Of a stretch of DNA of 64,000 bases, positions 19,921 to 28,755 are shown one piece after another. Below the pieces are notes generated by a model. The model worked only from the letters and a program-made list of their open reading frames with translations. It was not told the DNA's origin and did not search any database. Position 1 is the stretch's first letter. Each line of letters opens with the position of its first letter. A program made the translations under genes and the position numbers. The DNA comes from Pyrinomonadaceae bacterium (lineage in GTDB: Bacteria; Acidobacteriota; Blastocatellia; Pyrinomonadales; Pyrinomonadaceae): assembly GCA_046313635.1 (NCBI GenBank), contig JBKBYA010000009.1:69911-133910 (forward strand). Reading direction: 5' to 3'.

Positions 19921-20205
19921 TCAGAACCGGCCCGGCGTAAGCGGGCGGGCTCTTGCTCCGCGGTAAAGAAATGCCCACGAAACACGCGAAAGGACGCGAA
20001 ACTTAAGAGAAAGAAAATCCAGCCGCGGATAAACGCAGATCGCGCGGATCAGGAAGAATAAGAAGCAATATTCTTTCTTGATCCGCGCGATCTGCGTTTA
20101 TCCGCGGTTAAAATACTTAATTCATTTCGCGCCCTTTCGTGTATTTAGCGGGCAATTCCTGCCACGAGCCGAAGAACCCGCCCGTTCACGCAGGCGGTTC
20201 TGACT
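19919..20205. repeat. Three nested inverted-repeat pairs (REP/MITE-like composite)
   Basis: Outer 19919-19954 / 20172-20205; middle 19969-20001 / 20125-20157; inner perfect 29 bp 20023-20051 / 20079-20107. Confidence 0.92.
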
Positions 20206-20215
20206 TGGGCCGTGA

Positions 20216-20611
20216 TCAGCCGATAACGAGCTCGGCTGCGGCTCGGCCGGCCCAGACGAGCGCGAGGCCGAGCACGACCTGGACGGCGACGTTGGCGAGA
20301 GCGTAAAGAACGAATCCGTGACGGAGCAGGCTGATCGTCTCGCTGCCGAATGTCGAGAAGGTCGTAAACCCGCCGAGCACGCCGACCAGCAGCAGCGTCC
20401 TCGTTTCTTCCGAGAACATGTCACGGGCATCGACCAGATACCCCAAGATCCCGATCGCAAAGCAGCCCGCGAGATTGACGGCCACCGTTCCGTACGGGAA
20501 GCTCAGCGTGCCGCTCATCTGCTGCACCCAGCCGCTCACCAGATACCGCGCCGCCGACCCCACAAAGCCGCCGGCCCCGACAAGCATGATACGCAGCCAC
20601 ATTTCGTTCAT
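20216..20611 (-). CDS. crcB: Fluoride channel FluC/CrcB
   Basis: GAGGFVGSAARY, FPYGTVAVNLAGCF, GVLGGFTTFSTF. Confidence 0.95.
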   Translation of the reverse strand: MNEMWLRIMLVGAGGFVGSAARYLVSGWVQQMSGTLSFPYGTVAVNLAGCFAIGILGYLVDARDMFSEETRTLLLVGVLGGFTTFSTFGSETISLLRHGFVLYALANVAVQVVLGLALVWAGRAAAELVIG

Positions 20612-20692
20612 CGATGCCGATAGATGATACAACAGGCGCCGGGCGAGACGTGATTTGCCGGGCCGCCGACCCGAGGACTAAACTCAGAGTTT

Positions 20693-21181
20693 ATGGCAGA
20701 GAGCTTGGCATACTCCGTCGGCGCGGGCCGCGAAAAGATCTACGACGAGATCGTCCCTCAGATCGAGTCGCTCGTCGCCGGCGAAACTGACGTCGTCGCA
20801 AATCTCGCGAATGTCGCGGCCGCGCTGAAGGAGGCCTTCGGATTTTTCTGGGTCGGATTTTATCTCGCAAAGGACGGCGAGCTTGTGCTCGGACCTTTTC
20901 AGGGGCCGCTCGCCTGCACGCGGATCAAATTTACGGACGGCGTCTGCGGTCATGCATTCACGACGCGACAGACCGTGGTCGTCCCTGACGTCAACGCGTT
21001 TCCGGGTCACATCGCCTGCAGCTCGGCGTCGAGGTCGGAGGTCGTCGTTCCGATCTTGAATGCAAACGGCGAGGCCTTGGGCGTGCTCGACGTCGACAGC
21101 GACAAGCTCGACGATTTTTCTGAAATAGACGCCCGCGGCCTCGAGGCCGTCGCTCGGATAGTGAGCTCGACGCTCGCCTGA
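20693..21181 (+). CDS. GAF-domain protein, free methionine-R-sulfoxide reductase-like
   Basis: WVGFY, LGPFQGPLAC, GVCG, FPGHIAC, SEVVVP, LDVDS. Confidence 0.9.
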   Translation: MAESLAYSVGAGREKIYDEIVPQIESLVAGETDVVANLANVAAALKEAFGFFWVGFYLAKDGELVLGPFQGPLACTRIKFTDGVCGHAFTTRQTVVVPDVNAFPGHIACSSASRSEVVVPILNANGEALGVLDVDSDKLDDFSEIDARGLEAVARIVSSTLA

Positions 21182-21192
21182 ACTTCGCTTTT

Positions 21193-22239
21193 ATGACTGC
21201 TGTCGAATATCCGCTCTGGTCCTGGCTGCTTTTTTTCGGCGTCGTGCTCGTCGCGCTCTTTGTCGACATCGGCATCGTTAATCGCCGCTCGCACGCGCCG
21301 ACGCGCAAGGAGACGATCGTCTGGAGCGTCGTCTGGGTTTCGCTCGCGCTCGCATTCAACGCCTTCGTGCTTTACCAGTTCGGCTTGGCAAAGGCAAAGC
21401 TCTTTTTGACAGGGTATCTGATCGAGCTTTCGCTGTCGGTCGACAATCTGTTCGTTTTCCTGCTCATCTTCACGTTTTTCAAAGTGCCCAAGAAGTACCA
21501 GCACCGGGTCCTCTTTTGGGGCATCATGGGAGCCCTCGTGATGAGGATGATAATGATCTTTGCGGGGGCCGAGCTGGTCGAGCGGTTTCACTGGATCATC
21601 TATGTCTTCGGCGCGTTCCTGGTCTACACGGGTCTGAGCATGTTTCGCGACTCGGACGAGAATTTCGAGCCGCACGAGAGCGCCGTGATAAAGTTCGCGA
21701 CGCGCTACATCCGCATTTCGCGGCAGTTCTCGGGCGAGAAGTTCTTTGTGGTCGAGAACGGCGTGCGTCACGGCACGCTGCTGCTGCTCGTGCTGATCAC
21801 GGTCGAGTTCACCGATCTCGTGTTTGCGGTCGATTCGATCCCTGCGATATTCGGCATCACGACCGACCGCTTCATCGTCTACACGTCTAACATCTTTGCG
21901 ATCCTCGGTCTCCGGACCTTCTTTTTCCTGCTCGCCGACCTGGCCGACCGCTTCCACTATCTCAAGTACGGCCTGGCCTTCATTCTCACCTTTATCGGCG
22001 TCAAGATGCTCTTGCCCCTTTTGGCCGAAGGCGTGATAATGTTGACCGGTCGCGGCCACACATCCGGATCTGGGCTGATCCTCGAGCGTTACCTCAATCA
22101 CGAATACGAACAAGCCCTCGTCAATATCTCACTCGCGGTCGTGGTCGGCGCGATAATCGTTGCGATCGTCCTCTCTCTCATCTTTCCGGCGGCGCCATCG
22201 GAGGCGAGCGAGGATGATGTGGTCGACGCCGAGGTCTAA
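21193..22239 (+). CDS. TerC/Alx family membrane protein
   Basis: GYLIELSLSVDNLFVF, QHRVLFWGI.GALVMR, DLVFAVDSIPA, SNIFAILGLR. Confidence 0.93.
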   Translation: MTAVEYPLWSWLLFFGVVLVALFVDIGIVNRRSHAPTRKETIVWSVVWVSLALAFNAFVLYQFGLAKAKLFLTGYLIELSLSVDNLFVFLLIFTFFKVPKKYQHRVLFWGIMGALVMRMIMIFAGAELVERFHWIIYVFGAFLVYTGLSMFRDSDENFEPHESAVIKFATRYIRISRQFSGEKFFVVENGVRHGTLLLLVLITVEFTDLVFAVDSIPAIFGITTDRFIVYTSNIFAILGLRTFFFLLADLADRFHYLKYGLAFILTFIGVKMLLPLLAEGVIMLTGRGHTSGSGLILERYLNHEYEQALVNISLAVVVGAIIVAIVLSLIFPAAPSEASEDDVVDAEV

Positions 22240-23474
22240 TGGGCGACAAGTTTCAAAAGTACTACATAGACTGGTGGAACATCCGCAAGAGCACGATCTA
22301 TCTGATCGTCGCGGCGATCGTCCTGCCGCTCGCCGCGGGCGGCATCGTCTGGTACGCGATGCGCCATAACTGGTTCAACGCGGCGGTCGACAACCAGGCG
22401 CCGGCAAATGCGGCCCGCATCATCTCGTTCGAGGGCGACGTCCGCGTCACGCGCGCGGCCACGCGCGAGACCATCGTCGTCACCAAGCCGTCCTTTGTCG
22501 CGGCCGGCGACACGATCCAGACGCAGGCCGACGGGCGGGCCGTGCTCCAGATGGTGGATGGCTCTATCTACACCGTCCGGCCAAACAGCACGATCGTGGT
22601 CCGCGACAATTCGTCGTTGTTTGGCGGCACCAACGTCCGCGTCGCGCTCGACGACGGCGGCCTTAATGTCAGGACCGACCAGCAGGCCGGCAAGACCGAG
22701 AATATCGTCGAGATGGCCGAGTCCGAAAACAAGCTGCTCCCGCAGACGGACGCCACCTTTAACGCCGACGCGCAGACAAACGGCGGCGAGATCCGCATCA
22801 GCCGCGGCGGCGTCGAAACGAGCGTCGACGGGCAGACGACGACGCTCAACGCCAACGAGTACGCGGCGATCAACGCCGGCAAGCTGACCGCCCGCGAGCG
22901 CCTGCAGGCGCCGCCGCAGCAGAGCGCTCCGGCAAATTACGCGCAGATCGTCGACACGACCGGCGCCGGGGCCAACGTCAACCTCAGTTGGCAGGACATC
23001 GGCGGCGAGGCGGCGGGCTTCTACCTGCAGGTCTCGCGATCGCCGTACTTTGCTTCGGACTCGATACTCGTCGATCGGGCCGAGCTCTCCGCGCGCGAAT
23101 TTCGCGTCGGCGGTCTCTCGCCCGGCACGTACTATTGGCGACTGCGGTCCACCGCCCGGTCGGGCCAGAAGACCGATTGGAGCGAGCCGTGGAAATTCAC
23201 TATCCTGAGAAGCGAAGGCGGGCGCTCGATCGACGTCACCGAATGGCGCGTCGAGAATGTCGGCGGCAGCGTCTATCTCGTCACCGGGCGGACGCAGCCG
23301 GGACTCGCCGTCCGCTCGCAGGGACGAGAGGTCTTTGCGGCCTCAGACGGGTCTTTCAGGCTGCAGATATCGAGCACGTCGGCCGTCGCGCCGATCGAGC
23401 TCGGTGACGACAGGGGCAATCGCGCAGGATTTATCCTTTCGCTGCGGACGGGCTCGGTAACCCGCAGGTTCTAG
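22239..23474 (+). CDS. Membrane-anchored FecR-domain protein with FN3/Ig-like C-terminal domains
   Basis: N-terminal TM; FEGDVRV..AGDTIQT.ADGRA..DGS...VRPNS; YLQVSRSPYF...LSPGTYYWR...WSEP. Confidence 0.72.
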   Translation: MGDKFQKYYIDWWNIRKSTIYLIVAAIVLPLAAGGIVWYAMRHNWFNAAVDNQAPANAARIISFEGDVRVTRAATRETIVVTKPSFVAAGDTIQTQADGRAVLQMVDGSIYTVRPNSTIVVRDNSSLFGGTNVRVALDDGGLNVRTDQQAGKTENIVEMAESENKLLPQTDATFNADAQTNGGEIRISRGGVETSVDGQTTTLNANEYAAINAGKLTARERLQAPPQQSAPANYAQIVDTTGAGANVNLSWQDIGGEAAGFYLQVSRSPYFASDSILVDRAELSAREFRVGGLSPGTYYWRLRSTARSGQKTDWSEPWKFTILRSEGGRSIDVTEWRVENVGGSVYLVTGRTQPGLAVRSQGREVFAASDGSFRLQISSTSAVAPIELGDDRGNRAGFILSLRTGSVTRRF

Positions 23475-23504
23475 CAGCCGAGACCGCCGGGAGAGACGTT
23501 CGCT

Positions 23505-24461
23505 ATCGCTACTCATCACGCTCACCATCATTCTCACGGAGCGGCGGGCCGCGGTCAGGTCGGCCGGCTCAAGATCGCGCTTGGACTTACCTTTGTGTAT
23601 ATGCTCGCCGAGGCGGCGGGCGGATGGTACGCAAATTCCCTTGCACTGCTCGCCGACGCGGGCCATATGCTGACCGACGTCGCCGCGATGGCTCTGACGC
23701 TCGGCGCGTTCTGGTTCGCGGGACGGCCGGCTACCTCAAAAAAGACGTACGGTTACTACCGGGCCGAGATCCTCGCCGCGTTTGTCAACGGCGTGGCGCT
23801 GGCGTGCATCTCGGTGTGGGTCATTGTGGAGGCCGTGCAGAGATGGAGCGAAAGGCCGGAGATCAGAGGGGTCGAGCTAACGGCTGTCGCCGCCGGCGGT
23901 CTCGCCGTCAATATCGCCGCGGCCTTTCTGCTGCATTCCGGCAAAGATCACAACCTGAATATGCGCGGGGCGTGGCTGCACGTGATGGGCGACGCGGCCG
24001 GCTCGGTCGCGGCGATCGTCGCGGGCGTTTTGATCGTGCTGTTTGACCTCGTCTGGGCCGACGCGGTGAGCAGCGTCGTCATCAGCCTGATCATCATCTA
24101 CGGCGCCTGGCGGCTGATCGTCGATTCGGTAAATGTACTGCTTGAGGGGACGCCGGCTCACATCAGTCTCGACGCGGTCGAGAGCGCGATCCTCGAGACG
24201 TCGGGCGTCGGCGGCGTGCACGACCTGCACGTCTGGACGATCTCGTCCGGCATTGAGGCCCTCTCGGCGCATATCAGCCACGACCCGCGCGTACCGCACT
24301 CTGAGCTGCTCGCTCTCATTCGCAAAAAGCTTCACGACCAGTTCGGCATCGACCATCTGACGATCCAGATGGAAACGCTCGATCTCGAGGCCGAGGTCGT
24401 TTACGTCTGCGAGACGGGGACGCGGTGCTTCGTGCCCGCCCCGCCGCAGCGGCAGAATTAG
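23505..24461 (+). CDS. Cation diffusion facilitator (CzcD/ZitB-like); start uncertain
   Basis: NSLALLADAGHMLTD, TYGYYRAEILAA, NMRGAWLHVMGD, HDLHVW, HLTIQ; His-rich leader HHAHHHSH in frame upstream of GTG 23595, preceded by ATC at 23505. Confidence 0.9.
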   Translation: MATHHAHHHSHGAAGRGQVGRLKIALGLTFVYMLAEAAGGWYANSLALLADAGHMLTDVAAMALTLGAFWFAGRPATSKKTYGYYRAEILAAFVNGVALACISVWVIVEAVQRWSERPEIRGVELTAVAAGGLAVNIAAAFLLHSGKDHNLNMRGAWLHVMGDAAGSVAAIVAGVLIVLFDLVWADAVSSVVISLIIIYGAWRLIVDSVNVLLEGTPAHISLDAVESAILETSGVGGVHDLHVWTISSGIEALSAHISHDPRVPHSELLALIRKKLHDQFGIDHLTIQMETLDLEAEVVYVCETGTRCFVPAPPQRQN

Positions 24462-24479
24462 GATCTCTCAGACCAGACC

Positions 24480-25757
24480 ATGCCGCCCGAGCGCAATATC
24501 GTCCATCTCAAGTACGGCCGCGACTCGATCGAATTAGGCTTCGATCCCGACCGATTCGAGATCCTTCGCAGCGCCGGCGGCGATCGTCCGCCGGTGAGCG
24601 ACGTCCGGCTCGGCGAGATGCTCGACCGCCCAGTCGATTCGCCGCCGCTCGAGGAGATCGTTGGTCGCGGCGAGAGCGTGCTGCTCGTCGTGCCCGACGC
24701 GACGCGGCAGACGGCGGCCGGCCAGGTGGTGAATCTCGTCGTCCGACGGCTGATCGCGAACGGCACGCAGCCGCACGAGATCGCGATCATTTTTGCGACC
24801 GGCATTCACCGCCGGGTCACCGAGGCCGAACGCGCCGAGATCCTGACGCCTTTCATCGCGCAGCGTATCAAGACGTTCGATCATGCGGCGTCGATGGCGA
24901 TCACGAATTTTCGCTTTGGCGAGACGTCCGGCGGGATACCGGTCGAGCTCGACTGGCGGCTGTCGGAGTTTGATCACGTCGTGCCGGTCGGCGGTGCGGC
25001 GTTCCATTATTTTGCGGGCTTCACAGGCGGCCGCAAGCTGATCTGCCCGGGGCTCGCGTCGGAGCGGACCATCGCCGAGACGCACAAGCTCGCTTTTGAC
25101 TGCCGGCAAATGCGGCGCAGCGACGGGGTCGGCCCGGCGCTGCTCGACGGCAATCCCGTGCACGAGGCCTTTGTCGAGGCGGCGGCGTTTGCCGAGCCCT
25201 CATTCTGCATCACGACGATCGTCGACGAGGCGGGGCGGGCGACCGATCTTTTTTGCGGCGACTGGATCACGTCGCACCGCGCCGCCTGTGACGAGTTTGC
25301 CGCCCGGCACACGGTCGAGATCGAGGAGGGTCGCGATCTCGTCATCGCGAGCTGCGGCGGATGGCCGCACGACATTAATTTGATCCAGGCGCACAAGACG
25401 CTCGAGGCCGCGTCGAGGGCCTGCCGCGACGGCGGCACGATCGTCCTGCTTGCCAAGTGTGAGGACGGTCTCGGGCGGGCAGATTTTATCGATTGGTTTG
25501 ACGCGGGCGATTCGCAGCGGCTCGCTGTGTGGCTCTGCGAGAATTATCAGGTCAACGGCCAGACGGCGTGGAGCCTGATGCGCAAGGCCGAGAAGTTTGA
25601 CGTGCGCATCGTGACATCGCTGCCGCCCGAAGTCGCGTCGAGGACAAAGATGACGCCGTACCCCGATCTCGACTCGGCGCTCGCGGGCGTCAAAACAAGA
25701 ACGGCAGGATTCATCCTGCCGTTCGGAGCCAAAACTCACGTTGTCGCCGCTACCTGA
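24480..25757 (+). CDS. larA: Nickel-dependent lactate racemase (LarA) family protein
   Basis: PDATR, ATGIHR, FHYFAGFTGGRK.ICPG, GNPVH, GGWPHDINLIQAHK. Confidence 0.85.
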   Translation: MPPERNIVHLKYGRDSIELGFDPDRFEILRSAGGDRPPVSDVRLGEMLDRPVDSPPLEEIVGRGESVLLVVPDATRQTAAGQVVNLVVRRLIANGTQPHEIAIIFATGIHRRVTEAERAEILTPFIAQRIKTFDHAASMAITNFRFGETSGGIPVELDWRLSEFDHVVPVGGAAFHYFAGFTGGRKLICPGLASERTIAETHKLAFDCRQMRRSDGVGPALLDGNPVHEAFVEAAAFAEPSFCITTIVDEAGRATDLFCGDWITSHRAACDEFAARHTVEIEEGRDLVIASCGGWPHDINLIQAHKTLEAASRACRDGGTIVLLAKCEDGLGRADFIDWFDAGDSQRLAVWLCENYQVNGQTAWSLMRKAEKFDVRIVTSLPPEVASRTKMTPYPDLDSALAGVKTRTAGFILPFGAKTHVVAAT

Positions 25758-26265
25758 CGCGAAAGGTCCTCGCTATCGAATCGGTAAAATTTCTGATCGA
25801 CTTCAGCTTGTCGCGTTCGCCCGTGAACCGAAGCACGTAGATCGAGCCGTCCGGAGTTTTCAAAAAGTAAAATCGGCCGCTCATATTTCGGCCCGACGCA
25901 ACGTACTCGTAGTTAAAGACGGTGCCGCGGTAATTGCCCGCGAAATTCTCCTCCTTGCCGCGGACGTATCCGGGATTGAAACGCAGCTTGGTCTCTTCTT
26001 CCTGTATCACGTCGGCGAGGATCGCGTCCTTCGGCACAGAGAGCTTACGCACCTCAAGGCGGCCGTCGCGCCGGTCGTTGTAAACGTACTCGACATTTGG
26101 GCTCGTCGCCGACGGCTTGACCGTCATCTTCCAGCCCGGGTCCGGAAGGTCAAAACTGTACTCGACGCTCGGATCCGAGAACGTGCTGCTTTGTGCCGCG
26201 GCCAGCGCCGCGAACACGAGCGTACACGCGATTGCCGCAAAAAAAGTTCGTGCCTTTGCTTTCAT
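25750..26265 (-). CDS. Secreted hypothetical protein (possibly PsbP/DcrB-like)
   Basis: Signal peptide; YSFDLPDPGW; C-terminal DSIARTFR. Confidence 0.6.
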   Translation of the reverse strand: MKAKARTFFAAIACTLVFAALAAAQSSTFSDPSVEYSFDLPDPGWKMTVKPSATSPNVEYVYNDRRDGRLEVRKLSVPKDAILADVIQEEETKLRFNPGYVRGKEENFAGNYRGTVFNYEYVASGRNMSGRFYFLKTPDGSIYVLRFTGERDKLKSIRNFTDSIARTFRVR

Positions 26266-26506
26266 ATTCTTCACCAGGGCGACCTGCGAGAGGTAACGTC
26301 ATTCTAGCGTAAACGAAACGCCGATTCGATAGTCTAGGATGTTCTCGGCGGCGGTACTGTTGTACACGCGGAGCGCTCGCCACTGGATGCGGCGGACGGC
26401 CGTACACGGGAATTTTTCGCCCAAGCCCGCGGGCAGCGCATCTAATTTGCAGCGACAAAGCGGCCGGCGGCTCACGGCCGAGCGATCATTTCAAAGAGGT
26501 TTTGTT

Positions 26507-28549
26507 ATGCGAGAGAGAAATTCCACACTCCGGAGGCTCTGCGCTCTGACGATGATCTACGTCATCGCCGTACCGACCTTTGCGGTCATGCGGCAGGTCG
26601 ACAAGAGCGCCAAGCCGCTCACCGAGGAGCAAAAGATCGTTCATGTGCTCAACCGGCTCGGCTTCGGCGCGCGGCCCGGCGATGTCGAGCGCGTCAAGGC
26701 GATCGGCCTGCAAAAGTACATCGAACGGCAGCTCGACCCGGCTGCGATCGACGACTCGGTCGCCGAGACCAAGGTCAAGCGGCTCGAGATCTTCAGCATG
26801 TCCACCGCGGAGATCTTTGCCAAGTATCCCAATCCGGCCGCGCTGCTCCGCCAGCTCGAGGGCGGCCGTGCGGCCCAGGCCGCGCGCGGAGATGCAGCGG
26901 CTGAAAAGGCCGGTCAGCAGCCGGCGTCCGACGCCGAACAGCAGCGTGAACGGCGGCAAAAGCTCGCCGAACTTTATCGCGAGTACGACCTCCGCCCGGC
27001 CAATCAGCTGATGCCGCAGGTAGTCGCCAACCGCGTGCTGCGGGCCGTGTATTCCGAGCGGCAGCTGCAGGAGGTGATGGTCGACTTCTGGGCAAATCAC
27101 TTTAATGTGTTTGCCGGCAAGGCCGCCGTCCGCTGGTACATTCCGAGCTACGAGCGAGACGTGCTGCGAAAGTATGCGCTCGGCAATTTCAAAGATCTTT
27201 TGACCGCGACGGCGCAGCATCCGGCGATGCTCTTCTATCTCGACAATTTTGAATCGGTCTCGCCCGGCGCCCAGCCGATGCGCGCCGGCGGCGGGCAAGA
27301 TCGGCGCCTTGAACGAATGGTCCGCAGCGGCGGCGACATTCCGCCCCGCGCCCGCGAACGCCTCAGACGGCAATACGGGGTCACCGACGCAGAGCTCGAC
27401 GCACGCCTCCGCCAGATGCGCGCCGGCGGTGCCGAGGCCGGCCGTCAGCAGCAACAGCAGCGTCGGCCGCAGCGGGGCATCAACGAGAATTACGCGCGCG
27501 AGCTGATGGAGCTGCACACGCTCGGCGTCGGCGGCGGCTATACGCAAAAGGACGTGCAGGAGGTCGCAAAGGCCTTCACCGGCTGGACGATCGCCGACCC
27601 GCGCGGCTACCGGCGCTCGGCGGCGAGGATGATCAGCGGCGACGAGGACCGCGCCATCCGGAGGCTGCAGCGAATGGCGGGCGTGCCGGACGATCTCGAG
27701 AGCGGAGAGTTCTATTTCAACCCGCGGTGGCATGAGGGCGGAACGAAGATCGTCCTCGGTCAAAAGATCGACGAGGGCGGTCTAAAGGACGGGCTCAAGG
27801 TGATCGACATCCTCGTCGATCATCCGTCGACGGCAAAATTCATCGCACGCAAGCTGGCGGTTAAATTCGTCTCCGACAACCCGAGCGAGGCGCTCGTCAG
27901 CCGCGTGGCAGATGCATTCCATAGATCGCGCGGTGACATCAGGACGACGCTGAAGGCTCTGTTCGCTTCGCCCGAGTTCTTCGCACCCGAGAATTACAGG
28001 GCCAAGATCAAGACGCCTTTCGAGCTCGCGGTCTCGTCGATCCGCGCGCTCGGAGCCGACACCAATGCGAGCCCCGCGCTCGCCGCGATGCTCAGAAAGC
28101 TCGGCGAGGTGCCGTACGGCTATCAGGCCCCGACCGGCTACCCCGACAAGGCCGAGGACTGGGTGAATACAGGAGCTCTGCTCGAGCGTCTGAATTTCGC
28201 GATCGCGGTCGCCAGCAACCGCATTCCCGGAACGCGCGTCGATCTGAAGATATTTGACGCCAAGAGCAAACAGGAGATCCTCGACCGCGCGGTCGCGACC
28301 GTGCTTCACGGCGAGATCTCACAGCAGACACGCTCGACGCTGCTCAAACAGCTCGAACGACCGCTGCCCGATGTGAAGGCCGCGGCTAACGACGACGAAG
28401 ACGATACGGACCTGCCCGGAGCCGGCGCGCCGTTGCAGCAAGCCGGCCGGATGAATCAGCGTGCGAGGCTCTTGCCGCCAAGCGGTGATCCCGAGATCTT
28501 CAAGGTCGTGAGCCTTGTACTTGGTTCGCCGGAATTTCAGCGGCAGTAA
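26507..28549 (+). CDS. DUF1800 family protein
   Basis: HVLNRLGFG, QLQEVMVDFWANHF, PAMLFYLDN, NENYARELMELHTLG, GSPEFQRQ; RBS agagg before ATG 26507. Confidence 0.93.
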   Translation: MRERNSTLRRLCALTMIYVIAVPTFAVMRQVDKSAKPLTEEQKIVHVLNRLGFGARPGDVERVKAIGLQKYIERQLDPAAIDDSVAETKVKRLEIFSMSTAEIFAKYPNPAALLRQLEGGRAAQAARGDAAAEKAGQQPASDAEQQRERRQKLAELYREYDLRPANQLMPQVVANRVLRAVYSERQLQEVMVDFWANHFNVFAGKAAVRWYIPSYERDVLRKYALGNFKDLLTATAQHPAMLFYLDNFESVSPGAQPMRAGGGQDRRLERMVRSGGDIPPRARERLRRQYGVTDAELDARLRQMRAGGAEAGRQQQQQRRPQRGINENYARELMELHTLGVGGGYTQKDVQEVAKAFTGWTIADPRGYRRSAARMISGDEDRAIRRLQRMAGVPDDLESGEFYFNPRWHEGGTKIVLGQKIDEGGLKDGLKVIDILVDHPSTAKFIARKLAVKFVSDNPSEALVSRVADAFHRSRGDIRTTLKALFASPEFFAPENYRAKIKTPFELAVSSIRALGADTNASPALAAMLRKLGEVPYGYQAPTGYPDKAEDWVNTGALLERLNFAIAVASNRIPGTRVDLKIFDAKSKQEILDRAVATVLHGEISQQTRSTLLKQLERPLPDVKAAANDDEDDTDLPGAGAPLQQAGRMNQRARLLPPSGDPEIFKVVSLVLGSPEFQRQ

Positions 28550-28568
28550 AATTGAATTATCTCGTTTG

Positions 28569-28604
28569 GCCGGCTGCCGTACTTTGCGACGGCCGGCTTT
28601 TCTT
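28569..28604 (+). terminator. Rho-independent terminator
   Basis: gccggctgccgta / tgcgacggccggc stem, then ttttctt. Confidence 0.65.
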
Positions 28605-28623
28605 ATCGAGAGAACGGAGGATC

Positions 28624-28735
28624 TTTCCCGCAGAGACGCAGAGCCGCAAAGGCGGAAGTGGAGGAAATTAAGGTGAAGAAACATTCCTCGCGTCCCGAGA
28701 AGCTTTTCTCTGCGTCATTGCGGCTCTGCGGGAAA
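28624..28735. repeat. Intergenic inverted repeat of 8-bp periodic CGCAGAG units
   Basis: tttcccgcagagacgcagagccgcaaag (28624-28651) / ctctgcgtcattgcggctctgcgggaaa (28708-28735). Confidence 0.85.
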
Positions 28736-28755
28736 CATTCCTCACTTGCAGTCCA

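Noticed and set aside
20612..20692. Fluoride riboswitch upstream of crcB
   Set aside because: No GGCGATGG-type core found on the minus strand
21182..21192. yybP-ykoY riboswitch before TerC/Alx
   Set aside because: Only 11 bp of intergenic sequence
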